Shown here: positions 11,929 to 25,477 of the stretch, one piece after another
How the letters are laid out: each line of letters starts with the position of its first letter
Numbering within the stretch: position 1 is the stretch's first letter
NCBI GenBank assembly: GCA_001599295.1
Contig: BCGN01000002.1
Coordinates: forward strand, 1,798,001 to 1,862,000
Source: Sporopachydermia quercuum
Lineage: Eukaryota
Direction of reading: 5' to 3'
DNA length: 64,000 nt
Notes under the pieces: model-generated
Database searches by the model: none
Told to the model about the DNA's origin: nothing
The model's input: the letters and a program-made list of their open reading frames with translations, nothing else
Translations under genes and position numbers: made by a program

Positions 11929-14334
11929 ATGTCATCAACCTTAATTGCTAAGCATTCAGATCAAATACACAACATGCTTATCTTACAACCAGGCATCACC
12001 CATTCGATAACGAAAGAGGAAGAATGTTTCAAAACACGGAAAGAAACTATTTCAGACTTACTTACGGCTCCTGTATTGGATACTGTAATGATTGAAAGTG
12101 AAATTCTATACGAGCAAGAATCAAAAACCGTTGATTCTAGGCCGAGCTTTTGTCCCGATGAGATAGAATACAATTCTCATATTATCCCGCGAGTTGAAAG
12201 GAAACCCATCAGAAAACCCAATCACGGATCAATTTTCACTTGGGAGTTTTTCAAGCGGTTTGAAAGCGAAAATGGGATAAACAATAGTAAAAATGGTATA
12301 CAATACACTAAGATGGAACGTGATGTAATCACTTTTGAACCTAATGGATACACAGATGAAATGTCCAACGACGATTTTATCATGACCTATCTTCAACCGT
12401 TTGATGTATTATTACAACAAGCACTTGCTGATAACGCTTTTGATGACGATTCAATTGTTCAAAATTTATTGCAAAGCATTTCAAGACAACATGGTTTGTC
12501 AAGGGGGCTCCCTGATGTTTCACATTTTATATTGAAAGATAGAAATGGCCCAGTCAACTTAACTAACCTGGTACCAGCCTTCAGCTACAACGAATCCACA
12601 GGGGCATTCACAAAGCTTGAGACATTATTCCTCAATGGTAAAAGGTCAGGCAATCCTTATTCTCCTGCTGTGGAGGCTTTGTTTGTCAATGACTACGAAA
12701 AGCCAGCTACCAGTTACCTGCTATCACATTTCTTCCAGTATTTAGAAATACTATGCAATATTTGCTTACCATATTCCAACTTTTATTACAATGATAACAC
12801 TGAAGACTCCGCTGTGAAATTATTAAGTTCTCAAGTTGTACAGAACGAAAAGTATCATCATACTGGGATTGTTCATTATATGCTGACTATTGGGTCTCAC
12901 AGTTTATGTAGTATAATGTTTCGTCCATACATTTCTCATCTTCACTGGGCAACAAAGCTATTTTTTGGTATAGAAGATAAAAATATGAACGATTTCCTCA
13001 AAACCCTTTCTGAAAATGATCAGGAAAAAGTTGTGAAAAGTCTAAGGCGAAATTTCAAACATGCATTCAGAAAGTGTATACTGAATGCGTTGTTGACTAA
13101 GTGTCCTAAGTTCATTATGACGGATTTTACGACAGCTATCTTGTTTGAATTGAATGTCAACAGAGAGATGCTTCAAAGATTAGAAAAAGAAGTGCATGCC
13201 TTGGACTTTCAAGATGCTATTAAATGTACTAGTAATATTATGCATGAGTATGAAGACAACAATTTATTCAAACGCAAGGAAACTCAACATTCTCTTGACT
13301 GGTTTGAGGACATACTGATTAGGCTACAACCGCAAGATTTGAAATTTAAGATAGTCAATGAGAGTACGGCCGACGATGAAACCTCCTTCTCAGCTGCTAT
13401 TTCAACGACAGGATTTATCATACCGCAATCGTACAATAAACTATGTAAGGATGAACAGCTAATGAATCAATTGTATGACATTCTCATCAAAACACCAACA
13501 AACATTCAGAAACAAGACGTTTATGACTTTGATAAATGGAAATTATCTCTAAGCAAAAGTAGACCGGATTTATTAGCTCCTATTATGTGGACATCAACTG
13601 TTACCACTAAGGATGACAACGAGTTACAATCTTGCTATAATGAGATCATGACGTTAGTTTTGATTATATTTCGTAAACTTGGACAGTTGAATCTTTTCTC
13701 TGCTGAAAATATTACAAGTTTCTCACATCAGTCAACAAAAAGTCTTAAATTCATCAAGAGAGTCTTAAAGAAAGGGCAGGATTTGGATCATCAGTCATAT
13801 GTTGTCGATACTATGAAATTTGTTCTATTTTCTATTCAGGCAGTGTTTGCGCAAAGGAAGCAAACAATTGAAAGATGCAGCAGCAATGAGAGATCAAAAC
13901 AGGAAGCTATTTATAATCGAGACAAAAATGATGTTATGTCACATTATAAATATCTCTCAATTTCAATAGAGGATCATCGGAGAAAATGTCATAACGATGA
14001 TGACGGTGATGACTTAAATACAAGCTCTAAGTCTAGTACTGACAAGGAATTGGTTCAATTTGACTATTCCGAATTAATTCTAAACATTTATGACACTTTC
14101 TACTTTCCAAAAGGCTATATGAATAACTATTTCATTGACGTTTATAGTGAAGGGGATTTCAGACATTTGTCTTATGGGAAATATCTAAGATCATTACCTA
14201 GTAGAATAAGAGATGGGACAATTCCCGGGGCAGCAATTAAAGGTAAAAGAGTATTGGCAACTGGGTTTATATGGAATGAAGGTTTTGGCAACGGCGATAG
14301 GTTTGAAGGGCCTTTTTTGTTATTTGAATTATGA
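11929..14334 (+). CDS. Uncharacterised 801-aa protein; possible degenerate PD-(D/E)XK fold plus truncated kinase-like C-terminus
   Basis: 2.4-kb intact ORF in AT-rich DNA. First in-frame ATG at 11929, with an in-frame TGA at 11917. TATAAA at 11731. The domain call is inference from motifs. Confidence 0.8.
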   Translation: MSSTLIAKHSDQIHNMLILQPGITHSITKEEECFKTRKETISDLLTAPVLDTVMIESEILYEQESKTVDSRPSFCPDEIEYNSHIIPRVERKPIRKPNHGSIFTWEFFKRFESENGINNSKNGIQYTKMERDVITFEPNGYTDEMSNDDFIMTYLQPFDVLLQQALADNAFDDDSIVQNLLQSISRQHGLSRGLPDVSHFILKDRNGPVNLTNLVPAFSYNESTGAFTKLETLFLNGKRSGNPYSPAVEALFVNDYEKPATSYLLSHFFQYLEILCNICLPYSNFYYNDNTEDSAVKLLSSQVVQNEKYHHTGIVHYMLTIGSHSLCSIMFRPYISHLHWATKLFFGIEDKNMNDFLKTLSENDQEKVVKSLRRNFKHAFRKCILNALLTKCPKFIMTDFTTAILFELNVNREMLQRLEKEVHALDFQDAIKCTSNIMHEYEDNNLFKRKETQHSLDWFEDILIRLQPQDLKFKIVNESTADDETSFSAAISTTGFIIPQSYNKLCKDEQLMNQLYDILIKTPTNIQKQDVYDFDKWKLSLSKSRPDLLAPIMWTSTVTTKDDNELQSCYNEIMTLVLIIFRKLGQLNLFSAENITSFSHQSTKSLKFIKRVLKKGQDLDHQSYVVDTMKFVLFSIQAVFAQRKQTIERCSSNERSKQEAIYNRDKNDVMSHYKYLSISIEDHRRKCHNDDDGDDLNTSSKSSTDKELVQFDYSELILNIYDTFYFPKGYMNNYFIDVYSEGDFRHLSYGKYLRSLPSRIRDGTIPGAAIKGKRVLATGFIWNEGFGNGDRFEGPFLLFEL

Positions 14335-14450
14335 AGATGTGAGTTTTACGAGTAAGATTTAGAGAGGTAAGGCAATATAAGAGGTTAAGTTAGGTTTTAT
14401 GGGTATATTGGAAATAGGATAAGTGGTGGGTAATAAATAATAGGAAATAT

Positions 14451-14483
14451 GTAATGGATAATACGTAATGGATAATACGTAAT
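14451..14483. repeat. 14-bp tandem repeat (GTAATGGATAATAC x2.4)
   Basis: Seen directly between two convergent 3' ends. Confidence 0.8.
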
Positions 14484-14718
14484 AAATATGAGGACATAGA
14501 TAGTCAACAAAAATAAACAACGGTAAGGATCAAAGAATATTTCTATTCGTTGAGTGTCATAAGTCAAACCATATAAGAGCTACATTTTACTACGATAAAT
14601 CTATTAGCAAAGGAAATAACTTTCCATCATACTTCTATTTTCTAACTTTCTCTCATATATACAAGAATCTTCTTTTTCCTCTTCTTCCTCACCAATCAGT
14701 ATTTTTCCTTATTTCCCC

Positions 14719-16598
14719 TTATTTGTCATTCCTTTTAATTCTCTTCATTGGATAATCACCATTTCTATTCGCATTTCCACTACTGACATACGTCAAATCC
14801 GACCCAACTCTCATATATTCTTTACTTCTTTTATCATCATCAACCTCTAGTCTATTCAACAACTTGGCACTGAGCGTTGGAATTATCGGCTGTAATGCTA
14901 TTGAACATATTCTTGCTGTTTCCAACATTATATACAAAACACTATCCTGTAATAAAGATGTTTCAGCATCTTCTCCTTTATATTGCCAAGGTGCAGCATT
15001 CTGCATTAACTGATTAGCCAACTGAGCTGTTTTCCAGAAATAGCTATTGATAGCTTTGGAAGTATCAAACTCAACCATTTTCTCGTTCATATTATCATAC
15101 AATTCATTGAGATCTTTAATCAATTCAATACAGTTGTCAACCATACGTTCAGTAGAACATGAAGAACCATCTGCTTGTTCACTAGGTTTTAAACCATTGA
15201 GAATTTTTCTAAATTTTGTTTCATCATTAATTGGAATTTCTCCTTTGGCCACTCTTTCGATTGTTCTCTTAGCGTTGAATTTAGCAGCAAGAGATCTTAT
15301 AGCTAGATTGCTTATTTTATTGAGCATATTATCATATGTAATATCAAGTCGTTCTTCTGAGAAATCACCGTCTTTATCTAATACGCTATTTTCAATTAGA
15401 TAGAATCTAACAATATCAGGATTTCCTTCATACTTTTCCTTTATCAACCTCACAGGATCAACAACATTGCCAATAGACTTTGACATTTTGGCTCCCTGCG
15501 AAATCCAATGAGAGTGAACTACTAATTGCTCTGGTAAAGGAATCTTAGCTGCCATCAATAACGTAGGCCAGTAGATAGCATGGAACTTAATAATATCTTT
15601 TCCAATTAAATGCACAGCTGGCCAATTATTCTTATATTTGCAAATTTCACCTTCTTTCCAGGGATATCCGATGGATGTGAGATAATTAACTAATGCATCA
15701 ACCCAGACATAAATCGTATCATTTTCGCTGCCAGGTACTTCAATTCCCCATTTTAAACGTGATCTTGGTCTTGAAATACTGAGATCATTTAATTTATTAG
15801 TCTTTAGCTCTTTCAAAATATAATCATATTGAAGTTTAGGCGTGATGAAATTAGGGTGGCTTTCAAGATAATCAATCAATTGCTGTTGAAATTGAGACAT
15901 TTTGAAAAAATAGTTCTCTTCAGACGTAAACACAACTTTTTTTCCTGTTTCTTTCGAAACCATTATCTCTTTACCATCATTATCAACAAATTTTTCAATT
16001 TGGCCTTCGGGATAAAACGTTTCTTCTGAAACGCAGTACCATCCTTCATGCTTTCCCTTATAGATGTATCCATTGCTGTATAGTTCATTCCAAAAGTAGT
16101 TCACGGCTACATGATGATCGCCATCTGTCGTTCTAATAAATCTATTATATTTCACATTTGACAGTTCAGCCAAAACTTTGAATGTTTCTGATAAATCGTC
16201 ACAGAATTTCTTTGGCTCAATGCCTTTTGCTTCAGCTGCGGCTTGAACTTTCAATCCATGCTCGTCAGTGCCAGTAGTAAAAAATACTTCTCTCCCGTTG
16301 AATCTCTGCCATCTTGCTTGAACATCACATAGAATCATTGAGTACAAATGTCCAATATGTGGAGCTATAAATAGTTAGTATTTGTTAATGAAAGCATCGA
16401 TAGCCATATAAGAAATCGTTGTGTGTACTTACAAGCATTGACATAGAAAATAGGAGTAGTAATATAGTATGGTTTCTTTGGAGATTCATTACCAACTAAC
16501 TGGTTGAAAGGTGCCTCAGTTGTAGAGAAAGCTCTATTATTCAAAAACCTCAGCCGGATGGCTGAATTGCAAGCAAACAAAATGTTCCTGTAGTTCAT
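14719..16598 (-). CDS. MSM1: Mitochondrial methionyl-tRNA synthetase; exons 16598-16433 and 16364-14719
   Basis: A 68-nt intron 16432-16365 (GTAAGT...TACTAAC...TAG) joins [21 protein letters not shown] (HIGH motif). GTDEHG and KMSKS are present. Basic N-terminal presequence. Confidence 0.95.
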
Positions 16599-17319
16599 TA
16601 CAACGTAGTTCAGTTATCAATGAGTAGTATTCCTTAAGAACATTGGATGAACAACGGAAGGTAGGTACACAATAGCCTACAACAAGATTCAGCTACCAAA
16701 CCAAAGACTGTTACCGAGACTATTGGTTCTGCAAAGATCTCGTTATCATTTGGTTTATCAATATGTATAGTCGATAGGTAAGTAAAATGATAAGAAGGAT
16801 AACCTAAGAGATGAGAAGCTGGAAAGATCAGAAAGATTTTGGTAAGATGTTAAGTTAGAGTTAATGTGTTAACATGCAATTTTCATGCATATATTTGTCC
16901 TGTGCATTAAAAAGGATGTGATAGCAACAGTTGTAAATACGTCCAAATAATGACTTGTGGTTAATAAGAAGTCAATAGAAGGTAAAGCCCATCAATCAGC
17001 TTACCCTTTCTATTCTGATACCTGTATACTTTATCAAGTATGAGAACTTTACTGTAATTGCACTTTCTTAACATCCAATAACAAATGATTAGGTTCCTAA
17101 ATACGTTTCAGGAATACATACGTGTACATGATTCTTGCATGTATTCAAACTTTATTTGTAGTTTACTTTCCACTTATTTACTATACATTATTAGTACTAT
17201 CAACAAAACAGTGCTCTATCTATCATTAACCGATTTTACATGTTTTCATGTATTAATAATGAACCATAGTTTATTTATTAACAGTGTTGAGTTGTCACCG
17301 AAAGTACTTGGTAAATAGA

Positions 17320-18234
<915 letters not shown>

Positions 18235-18827
18235 CTTGATTTACCGTAATACTTCTTTGCTGTTTCTTATTCTGCTTTAGGTGATATCTCCAATTCTACC
18301 TTCCACACTGAGTCCAACCTCTTACTTTCTTCAGTTATTCAACATCCACTCCAGTATGTTTATAAACAGCAATAATACAAAAAAAATATATAATTGTCGT
18401 TTATAACAAAGAACTCATACTAAAACGAAGAAGAGTGATGATATGTTTATCCATAATCCACAATCGCTCGCTCATCTTCTCATGAAATCTAGGTGACTTT
18501 CTGTGTACAAGAGAACCAGGGGATCATCTGGAGACAGATCTTTTCGTGTTTGTAAAACGGAGATGATGTCAAATCGGCGTGGGCAAGTAGAGACCGTGTT
18601 AGTAAGAAATAGAGAAATCATATGAAACAGGTATTTATTATTCATGGTTTATACAATGGCTTTGTATAAAAGGAAAGGAGAAGTGGCTCATGGTATCTAG
18701 AAATGACCTATCTTATCGGTTCAAAGTAGTTGGGGATAACTTGGGATAGCTCAAGTGGAACAGATAGAAGGTTCGTGGAGATCAGGGTTTGATGCCTGTT
18801 GCTATTACTATTTACTTACTGTTCAAG

Positions 18828-19892
18828 ATGGCGTTGACTAATATTCAGAAAGGGTTGCTACACTGTATAATAGCTGAGAGACAGGCGTATATAAAGGATC
18901 TGTTGATAGTATTTAAAAGGCTGATTCTGGTTCAAAATAATGCTGAAAATGAAATAGACTCCGAAAGGAATGAAAACGACGCTCAAGTTGAGTATCCAGC
19001 TGATGACGAAGAACTGAATGTACAATTAAGGGCATGCATTGCTAGTATCAATAGCCGATTAAGAGTATTTGGTTATGAGATAAGAGAGCAGAGAGATTTA
19101 GAATCTTCGGACAGGAACATCCCATCTCGAAGAAATAGAGAATTACCGATTTACTTTTATTACCTTAACCTCGCATCAGATGCATCGACCAAACTTGCAA
19201 CTACATATGGAACTGATGATATACAATATATTAAAGCTCTAGTAACATATATATTCACTGAAAGCAACGAATTTATACGGCCGCAAATATTGGAAAACTA
19301 TCGTGAGAAGTTGGTTCGGATTTATGACCAAGAGCGAGACTCTGGAAGGAATTTGCCTCCGTTTTCTCTTGAGGGATTTAGACATGAATTCTTTGGTATT
19401 TCCAGTACTATAGCCTTAAATATGTATCATAAGGTGAGTGGGAAGCCGAAAATAACGGCTGAAAGAAGCTTATTCCCAGCTCTATTAGACGATGGTTGGA
19501 TTGAATATGATAAGAAGGGGTTTTATTACTTATCCCCGCGAGCGTTGATGGAGCTGAAAGCTTACATTATAAATGAATTTACCCGTGATGATTCTAATGA
19601 ATCAGAAAAAGCAACTGCAAGAGAAAACGAATTGCCAGTGGTGAGAACTTGTTATGGATGTCGAGAGATCATTACCGCAGGAATTCGATGTTTCAATCCT
19701 CAGTGTACTGTCAGGTTCCATACTTTCTGTGCTAAAGCTTTTTTCCACTCACGTAAGATTCAACAACCTGATGGAACATATTGCTGTGCATGTCCTAATC
19801 CTAATTGTTATTATGATTTTAATCAGCTGGGAGGATTAGTTATTGGTTGCAGAGCGAAAGATATAGTAGCAGTGGAGATAGATATAGAATGA
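18828..19892 (+). CDS. NSE1: Smc5/6 complex subunit Nse1 (winged-helix plus RING-like)
   Basis: YLNLASDASTKLATTY, LLDDGWI...YYLSPRALMELKAYI and a C-terminal C/H cluster (CYGC...C...C..RFH..C...CPNPNC). The start could instead be ATG 18792. Confidence 0.88.
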   Translation: MALTNIQKGLLHCIIAERQAYIKDLLIVFKRLILVQNNAENEIDSERNENDAQVEYPADDEELNVQLRACIASINSRLRVFGYEIREQRDLESSDRNIPSRRNRELPIYFYYLNLASDASTKLATTYGTDDIQYIKALVTYIFTESNEFIRPQILENYREKLVRIYDQERDSGRNLPPFSLEGFRHEFFGISSTIALNMYHKVSGKPKITAERSLFPALLDDGWIEYDKKGFYYLSPRALMELKAYIINEFTRDDSNESEKATARENELPVVRTCYGCREIITAGIRCFNPQCTVRFHTFCAKAFFHSRKIQQPDGTYCCACPNPNCYYDFNQLGGLVIGCRAKDIVAVEIDIE

Positions 19893-20775
19893 GATTAAGT
19901 GAATGATATGATGACTCGTAGCCTGAGTATGGGTCTGTAGAATCATGTGAGTGCGATCAGAATGAGCCAAGAACCATTTGTTTCTATCAGGTTTCTATAA
20001 TTGACATCTACCTTTCCTTCTGTCTACTAGTACAGTTGTAATGAAAGCAACAATGATCCCAGCTGGGTTACCTTTACTTTTCCACAGCGGTAGATTAAAT
20101 CCAACTAATATTCCTATCAATTTACAATGAGAATGTTCTAGATCCATCATAAGCTTGGTGGATGTATGTTAATAAATATCGGGATTTATGTTGCTAGTGT
20201 ATTAACTTGATAACTTGATAACTATAGTAAGGATAAAAGGTTCTCATGAACAACTTTTGTCCTTCTCAAGTAACAGAGGAGAAAAATCAACCCTAAGAGC
20301 TTTTATTGGGTGATCTACATTAAATTCTAGTCTCCTGTTGTCTCTTACTTCTTTCTTTCAAGAGTAGCTCCTGCAAGCGTTAGCAAGTATGGATGGTGAT
20401 CACAATAACACGATTAGAACTACTATCTTTACATCGTTTCCTTAACAACAACAACAACAATAATAGTAATAATAAAGATGAATGAATCATGGAATCAATG
20501 TAATTATAAAAGGGATTTCTGAAGTCCTTTCTTCTGATGTCTCCAACAACCCTGATGCAATTCGCTAACCGTATGATGACGATCTAAGAATATCAATTGT
20601 ACCTAAAAATGACTCAATTAAATTCTCCTCTTGTACTGAGACGCTTTCCTTATCAAATTGTAAAAAGTTATNTAAAAAAAAATCGAAAAAAGAAACATAT
20701 ATATATATATATATAATTAAGAAGAAAAAAAAATTACAATAATTTAGATAACAAAAATCTCAAAAAAATAAAGAC

Positions 20776-20857
20776 CGATGTTGACAGGACTCGAACCTGC
20801 AGCCTTCGGAAGATTTCGGACCGAAATCCGATGCGCTCACCATTGCGCCACAACACC
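20776..20857 (-). tRNA. tRNA-Arg(UCG) with 9-nt intron (20820-20812)
   Basis: GGTGTTG/CAACATC acceptor stem, GCGC/GCGC D-stem, TCGGA/TCCGA anticodon stem, anticodon TCG (20824-20822), intron after G37, GCAGG-TTCGAGT-CCTGT T-arm, G73. Spliced length is 73 nt, with a T7 Pol III terminator just downstream. Confidence 0.93.
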
Positions 20858-21118
20858 TCTTGCCAAGTTTTATGCTCGATGTCAGATAAAAGATTGCATT
20901 TATTATTTTCCTTCATTATAGTGAATAACTGTTTCTTATTCGTACTGTGATGGAATCGAGTCCAACGTTCGGACTGTTCTGTCGGCACAAGTAAAGGAAA
21001 AGGTTAATAATGGCTACTGCAAGCGACAGACTCCAGTCTAAGCTGAGCCGTCGCTCTTATGGCTCTTTCACAGCTCTTTCTCACTTTACATCTCATTGTT
21101 TTTTACGTACTTATTTAC

Positions 21119-22324
21119 TTATTTACTTGTATCAATTACATATCTTCCTAAGATTATTCCTTTTTTCATCTCCTCGTAAATCTGGGGCAATTCTGTCATT
21201 CCAACGATCTTTATAGGTGCCTTGACCAAACCCCTGGTGAAGAAATCAATGGCCTCTCTTGTATCAGCTCTATTTCCAACATATGATCCAACAATTTTGT
21301 AGGATCTGACCACCTGATCAAAAACGGCAGAACTGACTTTGGCATGAGCCGGTAAACCTACTAAAACAGAGGTTCCTGTAGATCTAACGTATTCAAGAGA
21401 TTGATTAATAGCTTTCTCAGCAACAGCCACATTGATGCATGCATGAGCTCCCCCATTGGTTGCTTCCTTAACAGCTTTTGGTATATCTTCTACTTTGGTA
21501 AAATCAACAAAAGTTTCAGCACCTAGTTTTGTACATAGCTCTTTCTTTGCATCACCACCATCAATTGCAATAGGTCTAAAGCCCATTGCTTTAGCATATT
21601 GAATAGCGAGAGTACCCAGACCACCTCCAGCTCCGGAAATGGCTACCCATTGGCCTTGTTTCAGATCAGCAGATTTTAGTGCTTTATATACAGTAACTCC
21701 TGCACATAGAATAGGAGCTATTTCTGCTAAATCTGTTCCTTTTGGAATTTGAGCCGCTTGGACAGCATCGGCAGTTGCATACTGCTGGAAAGAACCATCA
21801 TGTGTATAACCCGATAGATCAGCATGTGCGCAATTTGATTCATCTCCCTTTTCACATAATTCACAACTCATACATGAACCATTCAACCATTTAATACCTG
21901 CATAATCCCCAATTTCAAAATTCTTGACTTCTGACCCCTTGCCCACAACTATTCCGGCTCCTTCATGACCTCCAACCAGAGGAAGCTTAACGGGCAAAGG
22001 CCAATCACCTTGCCAGGCATGTAAATCGGTATGGCAAACACCCGAGTATTTAACTTTCACCAATATTTCATTTGGTTTTGGTGTAGGAACAGGAATCTCT
22101 TTATATTCAATAGGACCTCCATGCGTCTCAAATACCATTGCCTTCTGAGTTTTAGGGATCGTGAAGGAAGCTGCTGTGGAGTAATGGAAGTAGTTTACAG
22201 TGTTGACTTTGTAGGAGCTGGGCTTAAACAATTGAGAGCTATATCTTGGCACTGAAGTGATTCTTGAGGCTCCAGTATTATCGAGTCTTAATAAAGACCT
22301 TCTTGCTAAATACTTGGCCGACAT
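21119..22324 (-). CDS. ADH3: Zn-dependent alcohol dehydrogenase with mitochondrial presequence (401 aa)
   Basis: [17 protein letters not shown], structural Zn cysteines CMSCELC...C, SGAGGGLG. About 50 aa of R/S-rich, nearly acid-free leader precede IPKTQKA. Confidence 0.92.
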   Translation of the reverse strand: MSAKYLARRSLLRLDNTGASRITSVPRYSSQLFKPSSYKVNTVNYFHYSTAASFTIPKTQKAMVFETHGGPIEYKEIPVPTPKPNEILVKVKYSGVCHTDLHAWQGDWPLPVKLPLVGGHEGAGIVVGKGSEVKNFEIGDYAGIKWLNGSCMSCELCEKGDESNCAHADLSGYTHDGSFQQYATADAVQAAQIPKGTDLAEIAPILCAGVTVYKALKSADLKQGQWVAISGAGGGLGTLAIQYAKAMGFRPIAIDGGDAKKELCTKLGAETFVDFTKVEDIPKAVKEATNGGAHACINVAVAEKAINQSLEYVRSTGTSVLVGLPAHAKVSSAVFDQVVRSYKIVGSYVGNRADTREAIDFFTRGLVKAPIKIVGMTELPQIYEEMKKGIILGRYVIDTSK

Positions 22325-25300
22325 TATGTTGTCAATTCAGTTTAAAGGAGATCAGACGAAGCTGATAATTCTGGCAACTTTTATCAATCAGACTCTGGCA
22401 ATTCTTCTAAGTTCAATCTACCACCTGTACGTTTCTTGTTAGATTAACGGAGTTTGGAAGATCGATTATTTGTATGTAATTTCGATATTACAGTTATGAG
22501 GTGGATTAAGATGATATTCGTCTCCAGAATTGAGAAAGAGAACTGTTCATTTTTATATAACTTCATACTTATGTCATATCCCACTCAACAGATACCCTTA
22601 ATTAAGCTTTAACGTTAACACTAAGAACTTTATAACTAGTTTAAAGAACTCAAGTTTGGCGTAAATCTGTGTAAAACCTAAAATGGTTAAACCTTATATG
22701 AATTCAAAAGGCGAGACGATCCGTTCTTCCTGAAGGTTTCAGTTTAGAAGAATCAGACAATTTGAAGTACTTCAGAAAGATTGACTGGTTCAGAAGTCGG
22801 AGATTTGCACCACGAAACTGATCTATAGTAGATAAAAAAAATATAATTTATAGAAATTTGGAGATGAGATGTTTGACGTTGAAAAAATTGTGTAAAAGTT
22901 TGTCACGCGCCACTTAAGAGGGTGTATCTGCAGCGATGAGAGACTGGAGTTGAAAGAATTGCTCAGAGGGAAAGGAACAGAATATTCACTTTTGACAAGT
23001 AAGAAATCACTATAGAGTCAGCATTCTCTCATGATTTTGGCTCCAAATACGCATTCTCTCTTCATTTTTTTCTTCTTTTCACTCAAGTTTTAGAGTATAT
23101 ACCTCACATCGTCGAGCTTGTCTTACATACTACTGGTCATTAATTTTTCCGGCTCGATCAACTTCTCAGCATTTTTAAGATAACCCGAAACAGATCTGAT
23201 GGATTTATTTTTGGATTCCACAGAATTCTTCATTAGCAAAACCATAAGATCAAATCAGGAGAGGACTCAGGTTAAACTGAGAATTTCATAAAGGTAATTA
23301 AGATCATCAGATAACAATGGGCTCGTTTAAGGTTTATTTTATGAAGTATTGGAAACCTAATTACTTTCACCTCTCGTTAGAGGATGCTTCTCATTGTTTA
23401 GAAAAGATTGATCAATTACCTTACGATAAGAGGAATCAAATATTGCTCGATTATTATATTGCATTAGTAACACTAATTAGCAAAATTAATAGTAATAAAA
23501 GTGCACTACGTTTTTGCAGCATATCTTTTCATATCATGAATAATATGCTTAGACCCCAATACTAAAAACTAACCCACTAAAAGTAATTGTTACNTTATTT
23601 GTACCCACCAGGCTTTTCTTTTGTGAAATTAAGTTTATTAAACTGATGTGAAGCATTGCAGTAGAATATGATAATGTTATTATTATTAGTTATCTTTATT
23701 CAACAAATATGAATGGTCAGTCGAATGGATTGGAACACCAATTAATAAGTCAAAATTAAAGTTGTACTGTGGGTTGAGTTAAGAACTGAGTCAGATTGCC
23801 GTTGAGGTTGGAACTTTATACTTGCTGACTTGTTAGAAAATAATAATAGATCAAATAAGATAAGATCACTAGGTGTCAAGTCCAAAACAAAAATAAATCT
23901 AATTAATATACTTTTAGTAGGAATACATCACTTAGATTGTTTTAAGAATTGTTTTTATTAAATTTCAAAAAAATGAGTCCAAGATGAAAATCGGTATTTT
24001 CTTTAACTCCACAGATAAGACGTGAAACATGGCCATGAATTAAAGTTAGTTTTCAACGATTTTCAAGGTTTTAAGGTTAACTCTAAACTTTTGAATAGCA
24101 AACGATTCTTCAACACCGCAAGATAATTCAGGTACCAAATGTATCATATCATCTATTGAGCACAGGCAATCAAAGCGTGGAGGGGGATATGCTATCAACA
24201 TTCTGTACCAAGAAAAGTCATTCCAGAAACTAGTCCCTGCATTCGAAGTCAAGAATAGTACGATTTGGAGATGCTACTGTCGAAAGATTTATTAGCAATG
24301 ACCCATCACTATTTAAGAATTAACTAAGAAGATATGATGAGCAGTCACACCTATCTTTTGATTTCTTCTGTATCCCTTAACGGTTTCCAGCAAAGAAAAA
24401 ACTGGAGTTCACTTCTCAAAAGTAGGCTCAAGAGGAAACTTGTCTTTCAAGTAACTTTCGTTAGCCTAACTGCTTTGAATCTGGTGCAGAAATAAGGGTA
24501 GACCCTTTTTGGTAACTAACTGGAGAAGTCCGTTGATAGTTAAGTAAGCATCCTACTTCGTGCTTCCTATGTAGGATAGCAGGTCATTTCAAAGGTTTCT
24601 TAATTGGCATTTGACGTTTCAAACTCGTTAACAAGAGATTTCCTTTGGAAAACAGTTGAGTTACATTTCTCTATTTACGCACTCTTCTTTTAGCCATGCA
24701 GACCCAAGATTAGCGAGAAGGCGTAATGAATCATCATGAACTTAGGTACTTAACGTTTCGTTTCATGTTTCAACTTAAATCTAAATTCATTTAATGCCGA
24801 AACCAAAATATGCTATAGCTTGTAATTCTTACTTCATATTCAGAGATTCTACTCTTTATATGTAAGTAATCAGTATATCGTAAGCAGAACAAGTTTATGT
24901 CCTAGTTTTCAGAATACGAATAACAATAGCATATTAACTTGATTTATAGTTTAGAAGAATATTCTGCATAAGAATTTTCTGCTAACTTTAATTCAAACTT
25001 TACTAGAACTAAAAAATTCGAATGCTGGTGCATTCATTTTGAAAGCAGAATGATACAATACTAATAAGCAGTACTTGAATGTTTGTTACTAACTTTGCTC
25101 CAACACTTCAATAAACTTATGTAGTACTGAAATATGTTTTCCATTATGAGGGATTCGAATTCTTGATCAATAATAATATATTGCTGTTTCGGTCTGTACG
25201 TCCAATAACTTAATTAATAACCTTATATTTACCCTCCACCCTAACGTTACTCTCTACTGAAGATGAGTACCTGCTTGCAAGCAAATCTATCAATTGTAAA

Positions 25301-25477
25301 ACCAGCAAATTGATTTTAAGATCACACTTTTAAGTATCTTAAATATATTACATCAAAAAATTTCGCATATAATCAACCTTCAATAAAACCCATAAACTAT
25401 ACAACAATCCGCCGTTTCATATAATATACTATATGCATCAATACCTTCCAGAGATATTTCTCCAACCCCGTTAACAT

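Noticed and set aside
22861..22940. PAC (GCGATGAG) and RRPE-like motifs; PAC also at 8503 and 59356
   Set aside because: No ribosome-biogenesis gene is adjacent, and a few chance hits are plausible in 64 kb.
23010..23140. ATG plus GTATGT...GCTGAC...TAG intron-like signals on the minus strand
   Set aside because: The spliced frame stops after about 18 codons, so there is no coding support.
23207..23214. Sm-site-like ATTTTTGG (similar at about 46044-46052, minus strand) as a sign of snRNA or telomerase RNA
   Set aside because: I found no U1, U2, U4, U5 or U6 signature sequences nearby, and the motif is common in AT-rich DNA.
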